Shown here: in pieces, positions 49,308-61,659 of the stretch
Layout: every line of letters starts with the position of its first letter
Numbering within the stretch: the first letter of the stretch is position 1
Source of the DNA: the human T2T-CHM13v2.0 reference genome, Homo sapiens
Reading direction: 5' to 3' (one strand)
Length of the DNA stretch: 64,000 bases
Assembly: GCF_009914755.1 (NCBI RefSeq)
Contig: NC_060930.1
The notes under the pieces: model-generated
The model's database searches: none
What the model was told of the DNA's origin: nothing
The model's input: only the letters and a program-made list of their open reading frames with translations
Made by a program: the position numbers and the translations under genes

Positions 49308-52300
49308 CTAATACAGAACAATTATTTTTGTCATTGCTCTGCAGAATCCAGGCTTTCAGCCATATCTGCCTGTTCCCAAACTTGGAATTCAGAAGACAAG
49401 GCGCTCAGCATGACTCACTGATATATGTTTCACTGCCAGTTAGTGTCAACGGACTATCTTGTGTTCGAACAAGAACATGATATTCTTAATATCTTAAATT
49501 TATATGTCTTATAATTGTTTTATGTGTTTTATGAAAACGAAGTTTAATGCATGAGTTTAGAAAACTAAAATGAGCAGAAATGCCCATGAAACTTATCAAT
49601 TATCATTCGATAATAATCAAATCTTCACAAAGTTCTAAAATCTTTATTAGAATAGGCTAAATTTAACATCATCCCGCAGTGGAAAGAGCTCTGGAATAGG
49701 AGACAGATTAATATGTTACTTTAGGAACTGTAGTCTCTGCCTTAGCTAACATTTTTGTGGTTTTTCAGTTTCTCATGTGTAAAATGAAAGTAGAAATGGT
49801 CTTACAGGCTCTTCTAGTTATTACACATTTTATTTAAATGCTCTAAACACAAAATATCTGAATATTCTTATTTTAATGGTCCTTCAATTGAATGTCTAAA
49901 AAAACAAATTCACTTGACTGGCAGGAAAAGCTTGATTTAGGTGACATTGTTGGAAATGTGTCCTTTCTACCTCTGTAAGTACTGAGGTTTACACTGGTTC
50001 TATAGGTCATTAAGTGCTGGCATCTAATAAACTATCTGAAAATAAGAGCTGAATTATTTACTGTTGATTTTATAAATATAATAGAATGAGTCCTTGAAAT
50101 ATATAGACTAGGTGTATATATTTGTGTTGTTATTATTGAAAACATTTATACAACAAGATTCAGGGAGGGCTTCAAGGGTGATTCCTGTTAATCTAAAATA
50201 AATAATAACATGATCAGCCTCTGAAAATTAATATTAGTTAATTAGAAACCTGAAAAGATTCATGCACAATGGCCATTATATAGCACTTTATATTTAACTG
50301 GATATATAGAATTTCGATTGAGTTTGAAATTATAAAAAAGAAATCACTTTTGAAATTTAGAAATCAAAATCCAATGTTAGTAATTAGTTAAAATTATCAA
50401 CAATTTCTTGAGCCAACATGCTTGGGGAATTGCAAGAAAATGCAAAGGAGAAGAAATATCCCTTACCAAAGTCAAAGATTAGGAAAATGAAAGACACAGT
50501 TATTTTATTTTTGTCTTTTTGTAATTTACACCTCTAACATTAGATTGAAAAGCTGCATTACAGACACCTGCTTCAGTAGAGTCATTGTTTCCATGGTGCC
50601 ACTTTCCATCACCTATTTTTAATAGTTTACACAACAAGATCAAGGGTGTCCCAGCTGTTACTGCCACTGTTGCTTAGCAACCTTTAAATCAGAGTTCAAG
50701 AAGACAAAGAATCATGCTTGAAAAATTTCTCAAGTGTCTGTTTTATGCACCCACGCCCCTGCTTTCTTCATTTTGCACCATTTTTCACTGTTTATACTCG
50801 GATGCTCTGGTTTTTTTCCATTAATTCAATATTCTATATATGAATTCACAACTCCGAGTGCTACTGGAATCAACTAAATATTTTTGTTGATTTTCAAAAG
50901 GTAATATATATGTTCAACTACAGGCTACCTCCAATAGAAAATAAACAGATTTAAAATATTTACTTTATTTTATTCATCAGAATGGGAGGTTGTTTCAGGT
51001 CTTCATTATCTGCTGCCAGACTATAACATTGCTGTGCCTGAGAGTCTGGTGAAATGACACACAGATCAATGGCCAGAGATTCACTGCCTGCAGAGAATTA
51101 CAATACCCCCTTGTGCATTCTGAAATCTAAATATTATCATCCACAAAGGACAGAGAAGTCAAAAATCTGTAAGAAAACAGAGAAGTTAGCGAACTTTGAA
51201 CTTGGAATACCTGACTGAGACAGGTTGATATCAATTAATAAAAACAGAAAATATTTTCTAATATTTCTGTAAACAATGAGAGTTTTTTTCCTCAATAGTA
51301 ATTGTTCAGAAACCAATGGCCCATCTGTCTAATTAATAGATTAGTAAGCACAAATCAACAATGTGGAACGTACATAAAAATAGAAAAAAATCTTAATTTT
51401 GCATTTGATATCTGTAATAAGATAGGAACTCTCAAATCATAACCAAATATTCCTGAATAATCCATATAATAAGAGGAATATAATGATAGGATTCATGGCT
51501 GGAGATTTTATTAACCTGTATATGTGTGAGCAACTGTTTACCATACATCTCTCACAGAGTTGATCCAGGTGGGTTTTACCCCTTTGGTTAGAATGAACGT
51601 TCTGTTCCATAACATACATGCCCAATGACATGGTCCACACTGACCCAATTATTTAAACTCTTGGATTTTCCTTTGACCCTCTATTAAATAAACACAAACC
51701 TATCATATTATTATTTTTTAATTTTCAGGTTTGATCATTACATTATTATTTTCTGGCCCTTTTCTAAATTCTGCTAAATCCTTAGGTATCTGTTTGTTGT
51801 TTGCTGTTGTTTCCAAATCACTAAACCTCATTAAATTTATTTAAATTACATACTTTTTGTCCTTCTGATTTCTTTGTTATGTCTCACTTCTGTTATCTTT
51901 TGATTCTTATTTTCTCCTGCAAATATAAATACATGTAACTGTTTAATCATTAATTCACTATTTTTGGTCATTTCTTACTGAAAGCTAAGTATGCAATGAC
52001 AACGGATTTGAGTTAGATACCTGAAAAAGTAACCAGTATGTTGTCCAGGATAAAAGAAGTGCTCCTATGGGTTATGGAGAATACAAAGTACAAGGTCCCT
52101 AATAACTGTGTAAATTGTAAAGTGTTTAAATTTACCTGAGACATATAAGATCCTTAGGTAGAAACTGAAGTTTAATCTGTGCTGATATGGCTATTAAGTA
52201 CTGATGCAGGATTTTTCTCAGCTCCTTCACTGGACTCGTGGCAAGGTTGCCCCGTTCACTTGGTCCACTGTGCTCAGCCCCTTGTGGGAGAGAGTACATG

Positions 52301-55300
52301 AGCAAGTGAGTGTGGGATCCAGCAAACATAGAAGCAAGTTCTGTGTAGGGCCCACAGTCAGACTAGGCATGTTGCCTTAAGGGGAATGCAGTGGCACCCA
52401 GGTGAGGATGCCAATGACCCCAAAGAGACTGGAGAGGTTGTTACAGTGCTCATTTACTTTCCCTGTCCACAGTCCAACAGACGGCAGTATGTTAGCAGCT
52501 CTGTTGGCCCCTTGTCTCATCCCATGGGGCAGCTGCCCTCCACTGACAAAGGCAAAGGGTCAGTGTGATAGCCCTATCTGGGTACCCACACTCAGGGGCC
52601 CCAAGCTCTTGTCCTGTGTCCAAGAAGGGTAAGGTTATGTGGATCATTAAGCCACATGGATGAAGGCAGATAAATTTATTGAGTGATGAAAATGGCTCTC
52701 AGTGGAGAGGGGAGCTGGAGAAACAGGTGAAGGGCAGGTCATCTTCCCCAAAGTTAGGCTGTCTCCTCCTCTACTGACTGAGTCTTGGGTCTTTAAAGGT
52801 GCAGGATGAGAAATGCATGCTGATTGGTTTGTGAGTAGGCAAAAAAGGTTAAAGTGAAGGGAACACTGAAAGCTGGGCACAACAATATGGAAAGGGTAAG
52901 TCTATGTAAAATAGGTGGAAAGTAAGGATCAGTCAGAGGAAAGTGTGCCAAAAGGGAAGACAGGTTCTTAATCCTGTCTGAGGATTTAGCTTGCAGCTTG
53001 GCTTTCAGGCTTTAAACTGTCTTTGGCTTGGAGGTGGAGTTTCACCAGATACATGCCCCTATCTGCCTAGACATTTGTCTGCCTCCTGCCTCTATCATTT
53101 CCCCCTCTGAAGAAGTACATCTAACTTCCATTAGAATAGGGACAAAGACCAGTCTTAATGGCTTCCTGTTGACAGGGGTCACTGTTTTGGGAATACAGCA
53201 GTCAGATTTCCCTCAGAGGCCCATCTAAGGTTCCCTTGTAAAAGGGAGCCATTGTTTGAACCTCTGGTTTCATGACTGTTTGGAGTATGACTGCCTGAAG
53301 GCCAGAAGAGACAAACCAGGTTATTACAAGATATGTATCAAAACAAAACAAGGCAGGGGTAGGGACAGCTCAAAAATCCCGAGACTGCTTTTATGCACAG
53401 ATAACTGGTGGCTATAGTTAAGCCTACTAAGATTTGGGTGCATAGGACTTGGCTTTGGTTAGCTCCCTTTGTCTTATTTTCCCAAAGAAACCTCTGGGTG
53501 ATGGGCATCCTGTTTACTTCAATTACCTGGCAAGATTTGCAGAATAATGGCTCAGAACTAGAATATTGATCCAGATTTTTACATTACCTATCCCTTTTGT
53601 TTTTCTCCTGAGCTGCAGCTGTAGATCACTGGTTGGTTCACAGGAATAAGCATCATTAGTGTAAAATGTAGGCAAAAACTTAAAAACAAGTAATGAGACT
53701 AGAATTTAATGACAAGCATATAAGTTTTGAAACATAATTTTCTCTCTCCAATCCTCAGTTTTGCTAAAAACAAATCATTATAGGAATGTGTTGTTTGTAA
53801 AATAAACCTTAGTCTTATGCTTGACCTGATTATTCACATAAAGTGTGGCAAGAATAACTATCTTTCACATAGACTTTTTAAATTGGCTTTGATGGAACTC
53901 TGTTCCACAAGGAATCTCAGATAAAGCTGAGCCCACAAGGGCTTGTACCCTCAAATAAATATGAGTTGGGTAAATTCCTCTCTTCTTGAGGTTTCAAGAT
54001 AACAAGTGGCTCCTGGGCCTGTTAGAAAGTGACATTCTTTACTTACCACAGGCTTGCAACCCTATGCCAAAACTGTGAAGACAAGGTGTGAGGCCAGTTT
54101 TCCCCAGGGGTTTTTATTGACTCTGCAAGTCAAGCTTGATTCCTTAAAGGAAAGCACACCCTTCCAGTCAGAGCCTTGGTAAAACTACCAGTTTCTCCAA
54201 TTGTGTCCTGCTGCAGAGGAAAATAGATTTTTATTGCACTGATGCAAATAACTATATTGCCAAAAGTTAAGAATACTCATAAATAGTTTTGAAATTCTGG
54301 AGAAGCCAGGCCAAGAGAAACAAATATGCTCCAAATTTTGTTCACAGGAAAATAACTTAATTGTTAAAAACTCTTGATAGTTCAAAAGAAAACTTTCCTT
54401 GACTCTGAAAAACAAAACAAGAATCAGCAAGATTTTAAGAAAAAGTTAAAAAAGATTATTTCAGTTTTATATTAGTTCAGTCCATTCCATTAACTCTTGT
54501 TCGGGTTGATATTCATGAACATTTTAGCTCTTCATGAGTATTATATGTTTTTCCTCTGTTCCATCATCACAATCTCCAAAGTTATTAGAAACTTGCATTT
54601 GAGAGCACCAATCAAAGTCCTATAGCTGATTATAAACTGTCTTTTGAAAAGGATGAAAACAAGACAACAATTGTCTGTGAGTGACATAATGTCTATGGGT
54701 GGTGACAATCAAAAACATGATTGACATAGAAATTTGATTATTTCTGTGGTTTACAATAACTTAACACAAGAACCTAAATTATGATTGATACTATATACTA
54801 AGACATTAGAATTTTAGAAATTTCATACAATTTTGGAACATACATTAATCTTCTATTATATAACCTAATGAATATTAAACTTTATTTTTATTTTGGCAAT
54901 CCCATGTAACTAAACATATCAAATAATCCTGTTTTCCTCTCTTTTGGATGCTCCAAGGGACCTCTGTAGAATTCAAAAGTTAGGGGTCAGAGAAGACAAT
55001 TTTTGAAGATGAATTTTTATTTTGGGAAGGCTACCAAACAGGTTAAAATTTTAAAACACTTGATATTATGAAATAGAATTCTGCATTACCATAAGTCATT
55101 TATTTTAGCCAAAATGTTGACTCAAAAATTTTAAAACAAGGCAAAACTTTTATTCATTAGGAAGAAAGACTTGATTCCAAACAATCTGTCTTTAAAATTA
55201 CATGAAAATCCTGTTCAAGAGAGAGAAGGCCAAATTTTACTCTTGCATGAGTCTACTATTAATGTCAACCCCATTTTTTAAATGAGACTTTATAGATAAT

Positions 55301-55908
55301 TTTATCCTATCTTAATCAGTTTGACCATGAGGTGAGAGTCTTATAAACCTTTGATAATCCTTTACAAATTTTTGTTAATATGTTCACACACAGAATTTCT
55401 TTTACAACATTAATTTTTGCAAAGTTTTCTCAACTTATTTAAACATTTAGCTTTATCTTATCTAATTTAAAACAATCCTCTAACCCTCTAAACTAGACAA
55501 AAATTTACATTCCCATGCCTTTTTATAATCTTTATCTAAAAACACATTTTACTTCTCTCACACAACTTGCATGTAGATCTATTTTCAGTAGTCTCAATTA
55601 CATGTTATAATGGTAATTCTGAGCAATTTTAAATTTTAATGTAAAATCTGATAAGTTATTTCAATTATATACTAGGTGCAGATAAAGTCTGACTCTTTCC
55701 AACATAGTTTGGGGTGTGGTTAATTCTATATTTCCCTAAGCCTTACCAAATTGCGAAGCGGGTAAATTGACCAGTTCTGAAAAACTAAAGAAGCAGTTTA
55801 CAACCTTAAAACATTTAGCAAACCTAGTATCTGACCTGCATAATTTAGATCGCATATGTACATTTCGAAGACATTTGTATCTTACCAGTAATCTTTAGAA
55901 CTGTTTTT

Positions 55909-56171
55909 TTGTTTGTTTGTTTGTTTTGACATGGAGTCTCGCTCTGTCGCCCAGGCTGAAGTGCAGTGGCTCAATCTCAGCTCACTGCAAGCTCCGCCTC
56001 CCAGGTTCACGCCATTCTCCTGCCTCAGCTTCCAAGTAGCTGGGACTACATCTGCCCACCACCACGCCTGACTAATTTTTTGTATTTTTAGTAGAGACAG
56101 GGTTTCACCTTGTTAGCCAGGATGGTCTCTATCTCCTAACCTCGTGATCCGCTCGCCTCGGCCTCCCAAAG
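55909..56171 (-). mobile_element. 5'-truncated AluY nested in the ERV internal region
   Basis: gcaagctccgcctcccaggttcacgccattc (AluY). TSD tagaac(tg/ca)ttttt at 55896-55908 and 56172-56184. Confidence 0.93.
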
Positions 56172-57133
56172 TAGAACCATTTTTATTTCTCAAAGATTAA
56201 ATCACATGAAATAAAAGGCAGTATAGCTCTTATTTTTCCTTCAAAAAAATTTGATCTAAGTGCTTATTTTTCTCTAAGCCAATTAATTAGAGCTCTTTTT
56301 TATATACACATCACACACATAACACATATATGACTACAAAGACAGACATAAGAAGATCTAGTAGTTGAAATATTTTTCATTTGCCAATCTCCTAATTGGA
56401 TTATGGACCTCAGGGTGGAGCCTTTCAAAAAGGAGGGCTAGGAAAACATGCAGTTTCTAGGGCCTAATAAACAGGCATAGCTGGAAGACAAAAACAGATT
56501 TTGAGAGGGGTCTATCTGCTTTTAATTCCTAGGGTTCCATGAGGTAAAAAGAGGGGTTTTTTCCCCTCCAAAATGGGGTTCATCGCACCTTCTCTGTTTT
56601 TTCCAAGGAATCCTATTCTCTTAGAAGTTATCTTAGGGCCTATTGGGTGTGCACTAAAAGTGAAAAGACAAAATGGAGAAAAATAATTCAGTTGACTATG
56701 AAAAAAACCTTTGTCAAAAAAAACAAGGTCCACGAATAAAAAAATATAAAGGTCTTTTAACTATATTAAATACTTATGACTTTGATATTCACTTTTACTT
56801 AAGGTGACTTTTAACCATAGTGCTCTTTAAGAAAATTCTTTTAAATCCCTTGTTACCTGACTTTAACCATGCCAAGTAGCCCATATTTCTGGCTTTAGAA
56901 ATTTACCAAATGCAGCCTCACAGGTGAAACCAGCAAGCCTCAGCTAAGGTTATGACTTAACCACAAGTGTATGAGGTATTTTCAAAGAGGTGATAAGCAG
57001 TTTTTAGAAAATCTAGAATCTTTATAGGTAGCTCAGAGAAAGGAAGATTTAAGAAAGGAAACTAGAAGTTCATAGAGGGGAAGAGAATCAGCAAATAGTA
57101 AAAGTCACACAGATATTAACCAGAAAGTACTCA

Positions 57134-57162
57134 TTCCCTGGCCGGAATTGAACCCAGGCCGC
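57134..57162 (-). other. tRNA-Glu-like 3' half (T-arm, B-box and acceptor strand) embedded in the ERV; not a complete tRNA gene
   Basis: Minus strand gcggcctgggttcaattccggccagggaa vs tRNA-Glu 3' end GCGGCCCGGGTTCGATTCCCGGTCAGGGAA. Confidence 0.6.
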
Positions 57163-57349
57163 TATTTTAAAATGGCAGAGACCAAAAGAAACTACTGTTA
57201 TGTGGTTGCAAGATCAGGCTCTCAAGGACGTAAAACAAGATGGAGCCCTCATCCAGATTTTTCAGAACTGTACAGTGACCCTTACCATTCCTTTTTATAG
57301 GTTTGCACAGGGAGAGAGAGGCCAGAAGTCCGATCAGTAAAAAACTTTT

Positions 57350-57592
57350 ACTGTTTTGCTGCTATATCAGGCCTCTGCATTCCCTTCCCCCAAGCTCAAT
57401 TTTAAGCCAAGCAATTTAAGGTTTGTGAAATTAACTTTTCCCAGTTTGGAGGATGCATCTGAGGAGAGTGTCCTGGTATAGGGACACAATTACTCATCCA
57501 CAAAGAGAGGACAGAGGAAAAGTCTTTTTTTTTTTTTCCCAAAGGAGTCCCAGTGATTCAGAAGTATTGACTGAAGATGATTGGTTATCCAT
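57350..57592 (-). pseudogene. Degenerate gag matrix remnant of the PBS-Pro ERV
   Basis: Frameshifted MDNQSSSVN / ILLNHWDSF..KKKRL.FLC peptides resemble gammaretrovirus-like MA. Confidence 0.6.
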
Positions 57593-58898
57593 TTGGAAAG
57601 AGAGGAAAAGTGGTCTCTCAGTTCCTTTCTCTTCCAAATGAATACATTGGGTATGTGAGGGAGAGAAAGAAATGGCATCCCCCTTCCTTCTTCCATCCTT
57701 AAATCCTTGGGTCCCAGTGACATCAGCAGGGTGCTGCCCATGAGTGCCAATGCAGCTTTCATCCACATTAACAGGGAGGCCTAAAGGGTGGAAATGATTG
57801 GCACTCACCCACACGCTGCCTGTCCCCACTGCTGTCAGTAAACTCTGAGTTCCCCAGACCTCGTTTATGGCATGGATACTAGTATAACATCTACCCATGA
57901 AATGTGTGTGTTGGGAGGCTAATGGGCAGGAATTAGTCATGCTCACCTGCACTGTGCCCCTTCACTTCTGTGGTTGCCTGCCTTTGGATCCCTCAGATCT
58001 AGTTTTCCTCTCTAGGGCTTCAACCCAAAGCTTGCAATTGAGTTTTGGAAAAAAGTTGTCTCAGGGGAGTGCATGGATTTCTTTAAATTAAGTCCCAGGT
58101 GGCCCTTGCCAAATTTGCAGCCAGCAGACAGGATGGTCACTCCTCCATTGCTTCCCTATCGTAAGCATAGTTCTAAGGTAGAAAAAACAATTCCCCTCGC
58201 CTAGGAGAGCTCCCTGCATTTGCAGGGTCATGTGAACCCCTGACAAGGTGGATAAAAGGAAAAAAGAAAAGCTTAAGTGTAGGGGGAGGGGCAGGTGCCT
58301 GAGGGAAAAAGCCTCTTGATCTATGCAAATGGGTTCCTTCAACAGGGGAAATATTCTTAATCACTGTATCCCCCTTGCCTCTAACAGCAGATGGGAATCA
58401 CATTGCTCTGAATTGCATATTTGGTGGCTAAGTCAAATGCTTATTCCACCTAGTAATATCTCTGCAGTTTGCAGCAACACCCTTAACATTATAAAAGAAG
58501 AGATAGGAGCCATTTCAAAGCATAAAAGAAGGAATGAAAAATACCACAGAAAAGTCTGGGGGTCTTGGCCAATGCTCTGAAGGGAGTTTGGGGACAGAGC
58601 CAGTCTAGGGGCCTTCCAGCAACCCTGAGGAGTGGCCTTGGCCAGATGTCTTCAGTTGCCCCAGGACTTTATTCTGGTTCAACACAGTGGCTAGACCTCT
58701 GTGAAGAGAAACAAAAAAACATTTCTTTCATCTGAAAGAGAGGTGGCAGGGTCACATCCTGTCCTCTCTAGCTGTGCCATTTGCTCTTAACTGGCCACTC
58801 AGAGGTTTGGTGCTTCATCTCCCTTCAGAGGGAAGTTTGAGCACAAGAAGTCTTGGAAAAAAGTGAAGAGTCAGATCCATATTCACTCACCCTTCTGA

Positions 58899-58916
58899 GT
58901 CCTGGATGAGCCCACA
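58899..58916 (-). other. Primer-binding site, tRNA-Pro (degenerate), followed by splice donor AGG|GTGAGT at about 58890
   Basis: tgtgggctcatccaggac vs TGGGGGCTCGTCCGGGAT (4 mismatches, 2 at CpG), 2 nt after the LTR end. Confidence 0.8.
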
Positions 58917-60028
58917 GATGATGCAGGATTTTTCTTGGCCCCTTCACCAGACTTGCAGCAGGGGTGTCCCATTTTTTTGGTCCATTGCACTCAGCCCCTT
59001 GCAGAAAGGAGCACGTAAGCAAGCAAATGCAGGACCCGGACAGCCACTCCAGGCACCAACACAGGAACAATCGCCATGTGGGGCCCATGGTCAGACAAGG
59101 GATGCCACCATGAAGGGAATGTGGTGAAACCCAGGTGAAGGTGCCCATGACCCCAGTGAGACTGGAGGGGGTGTTACAGTGCTCATTTAGTTCTGCCATC
59201 TGCAGTCCAACATACAGCAGTGTGTTAGCAGCTCAGTTGGCCCCTTGCCTTCTTAAGAAGGGTGGTTGCCCTCCACCAGTGAGGGCAAAGGGCCAGTGTG
59301 ACAGCCTTTTCTGGGTACTTACACTTGGTGGATCATGAGCTCTTGTCCAGTATCCAAGAAGAATGAGATCACATGAATGATTGAAGGATGGTGAAGGCAG
59401 AGAATTTTACTGAGCAATGAAAATGGCTCTCAGTGGAGAGGGCAGCTGGAGATGGGAGCTGGAGGCAGGCAGGAAGTCTTCCCCAAAGTCTGGCCATCTC
59501 CTCCTCTACCAGCTGAGTCTGGGGTCTCTATAGGCACAGGATAGGGAATGTGTGTTAATTGTTTTGTGAGTATGCATAAAGTTAAAGTGAAGACACCCCT
59601 CAAATGTGGGCACAACAGGGTAGAAAACCAATTAGGAAAAGGTAAGTATATGTAAAATGGGTGAATGGTGGGGATCAATCAGAGGAAAGCACCTGAAACA
59701 GAAAGACAATTTCTCAATCCACTCTGAGGATTTAACTTGTAGCTTGGCTCTCAGTCTTTAAACTGTCTTTGGCTTGATTGGAGGTGGGGTTTCACTGGGT
59801 ACCAGCCCCTATCTGCTTAGGCATTTGGCTGACTCTTGTTGTTACCAGTACCCTTGCTAAATAGTTATTATGATACAATTTAACACATTCTCCAATTTCT
59901 ACCTCACTATTATACCTCTGGATACATCGCTCTACCATCTTTTGGTCCTTGATCTGAAAATTATTTCCATTCTTCACTGCTTCATCCATCTTGTTTCTTC
60001 CATACTTTCCTTTTAGGTTGGAAACATG

Positions 60029-60393
60029 CTGCATTAATTTGCTGGGACTGCCATGAAAAAGTACCAGAAGCTGGATGGCTTAAACAACATAAATTTATTT
60101 CCTCTCAGTTCAGAAGTCAAAGGCCAAGGTGTCAGCAGGGCTTCTGAGGCCTTCTCACCTTGAATTGTAGATGGCTCTCTTCTTTGTTTTCATACAGTCG
60201 TCCCTTTTATCATGTCTTGTGTCCTAATCTCTCTTCTTAAAAGGGCATAAGTAAAATTGAATTAGGGCCTACCCTAATGACCTCCTTTAATCTTTATTTC
60301 CTCCTTAAAGAGGAAATATAGTCACATTCTAAGGAACTGGAGGGTAGGACTTCAACATAAGAACTTTAGCGGGAGAAAATTCAACCTATAATA
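60029..60393 (-). mobile_element. MLT1 (B/C-like) solo LTR
   Basis: ggactgccatgaaaaagtaccagaagctggatggcttaaacaac...ggacttcaacataagaac...aattcaacctataata. Confidence 0.85.
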
Positions 60394-61089
60394 CTTATCC
60401 ATATATCATCCTAAATAAAAACTCTCCATAAAACTTCCCTCCACTCATCTCCAGCAAAGTGAATTCACTGTTCTTTTTTTTCTGAAGGGAGTTGGTAAAA
60501 TAGTATTCTTTCTGCATCTCTCCATCTGCAGCTTCTATTTAGTTCTCAGTTCACTGGCTTTTACATTCTATGCTGAGAAAATTGATTCAAATATTCCCTA
60601 ATGATGTTTTCGTTTTTACATATCTTAGTATTAAATGCTACATAGATTATTTTACTGTAGGTCCTAGATTATAAATCTGCTGGCTGTTTTCCCTATAATT
60701 ATGTACAATGGTGTTTATTTTCTGTAGAGTTCTGCTGTATGTCTCAAGTCTTTTAAGTCTTGCTTTTCAATGTCTTTTTCCCCCATGGTTCACATTATGT
60801 ATAATGTGATAAGTGGTATTTATCACAATTCCTAACACTATTTTGTTCATAAACTCACAATTTAATTGCAGTCTCTATGCCAAAATTTCTGTCATAATCT
60901 GCAGTAAATTGTATTTGTTGTTTTGCTTGTTTGGGGGTTGTTTGTTCCTATGTGTTTTGGATTTGTTTGTTTTTCTGTTTAGTTTTAATAGATTCCAGAA
61001 TTTTCTGAGTAATCTATTCATCTATGGCTATAAAAAAGGAAAATTTTCTGATTAAATGGGGCAAAATAAAATGAAATGGTGGGCTGACA

Positions 61090-61650
61090 GAATACATAAA
61101 TATTTATTAAATGCCATACACTATCAAGAAATATTCCAAGTGCTAGATATTGAGCAGTGACCAGAGTAGACAAGGTCTCAGTTTTCATGTAATATAATCA
61201 TAATCTACTAGAGAGAGGGAGACAAATACAGAAAAAAATACAAGTAAATATCTATTATGACAGGTGGAGATAAGAGCTATTAAGAAAAATTAAAAAGCAT
61301 CAGAAGTATGCGGACTGATGTTGCAGGCCTTATATAAAACAAACAATGCAGAGAAATCAACACGAGAAAGGAATGAGTCATGCAAATATTTGGAGGAATA
61401 GCACTGCAAGAAGTGAAAACAAAGAGTATTGCTAATATTGGACTATCAAGGAATAGGAAAACATCATCAGAATGGTTGAAGCACAATGTAGAGTAAAGTA
61501 GTGGGTGAGTGCTAGGACATCAGGTCTGAGCAGTCAGTCAAGGTTATATGGGGATTCTATGCCTTTGTAATGACTTTGACTTCCATTTTCTTGTGATGTG
61601 AGTGTTTTGAGCAGTGGAATGATGTGATATGAGATATTTTTAAATGATTA
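61090..61650 (-). mobile_element. L2 fragment
   Basis: aaatatttattaaatgcc...gtgctagatattgagcagtgacc...gagtgttttgagcagtggaatgatgtgat. Confidence 0.7.
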
Positions 61651-61659
61651 CTGTAATAT

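Larger units (their letters stand above)
52202..59847 (-). mobile_element. ERV1 provirus with PBS-Pro (HUERS-P/LTR27-MER52-like group), non-autonomous: 3' LTR 52202-53097, 5' LTR 58919-59847
   Basis: Two ~900-bp direct LTRs (tgatgcaggattttt...a[t/c]ca), perfect 4-bp TSD gtac at 52198-52201 and 59848-59851, PPT agagggggaaa (53098-53108 minus), and an AT-rich non-coding internal region. Confidence 0.9.

Noticed and set aside
57134-57200. Possible functional tRNA gene
   Set aside because: Only the 3' ~30 nt match; I could not find a convincing D-arm, A-box or 5' acceptor strand.
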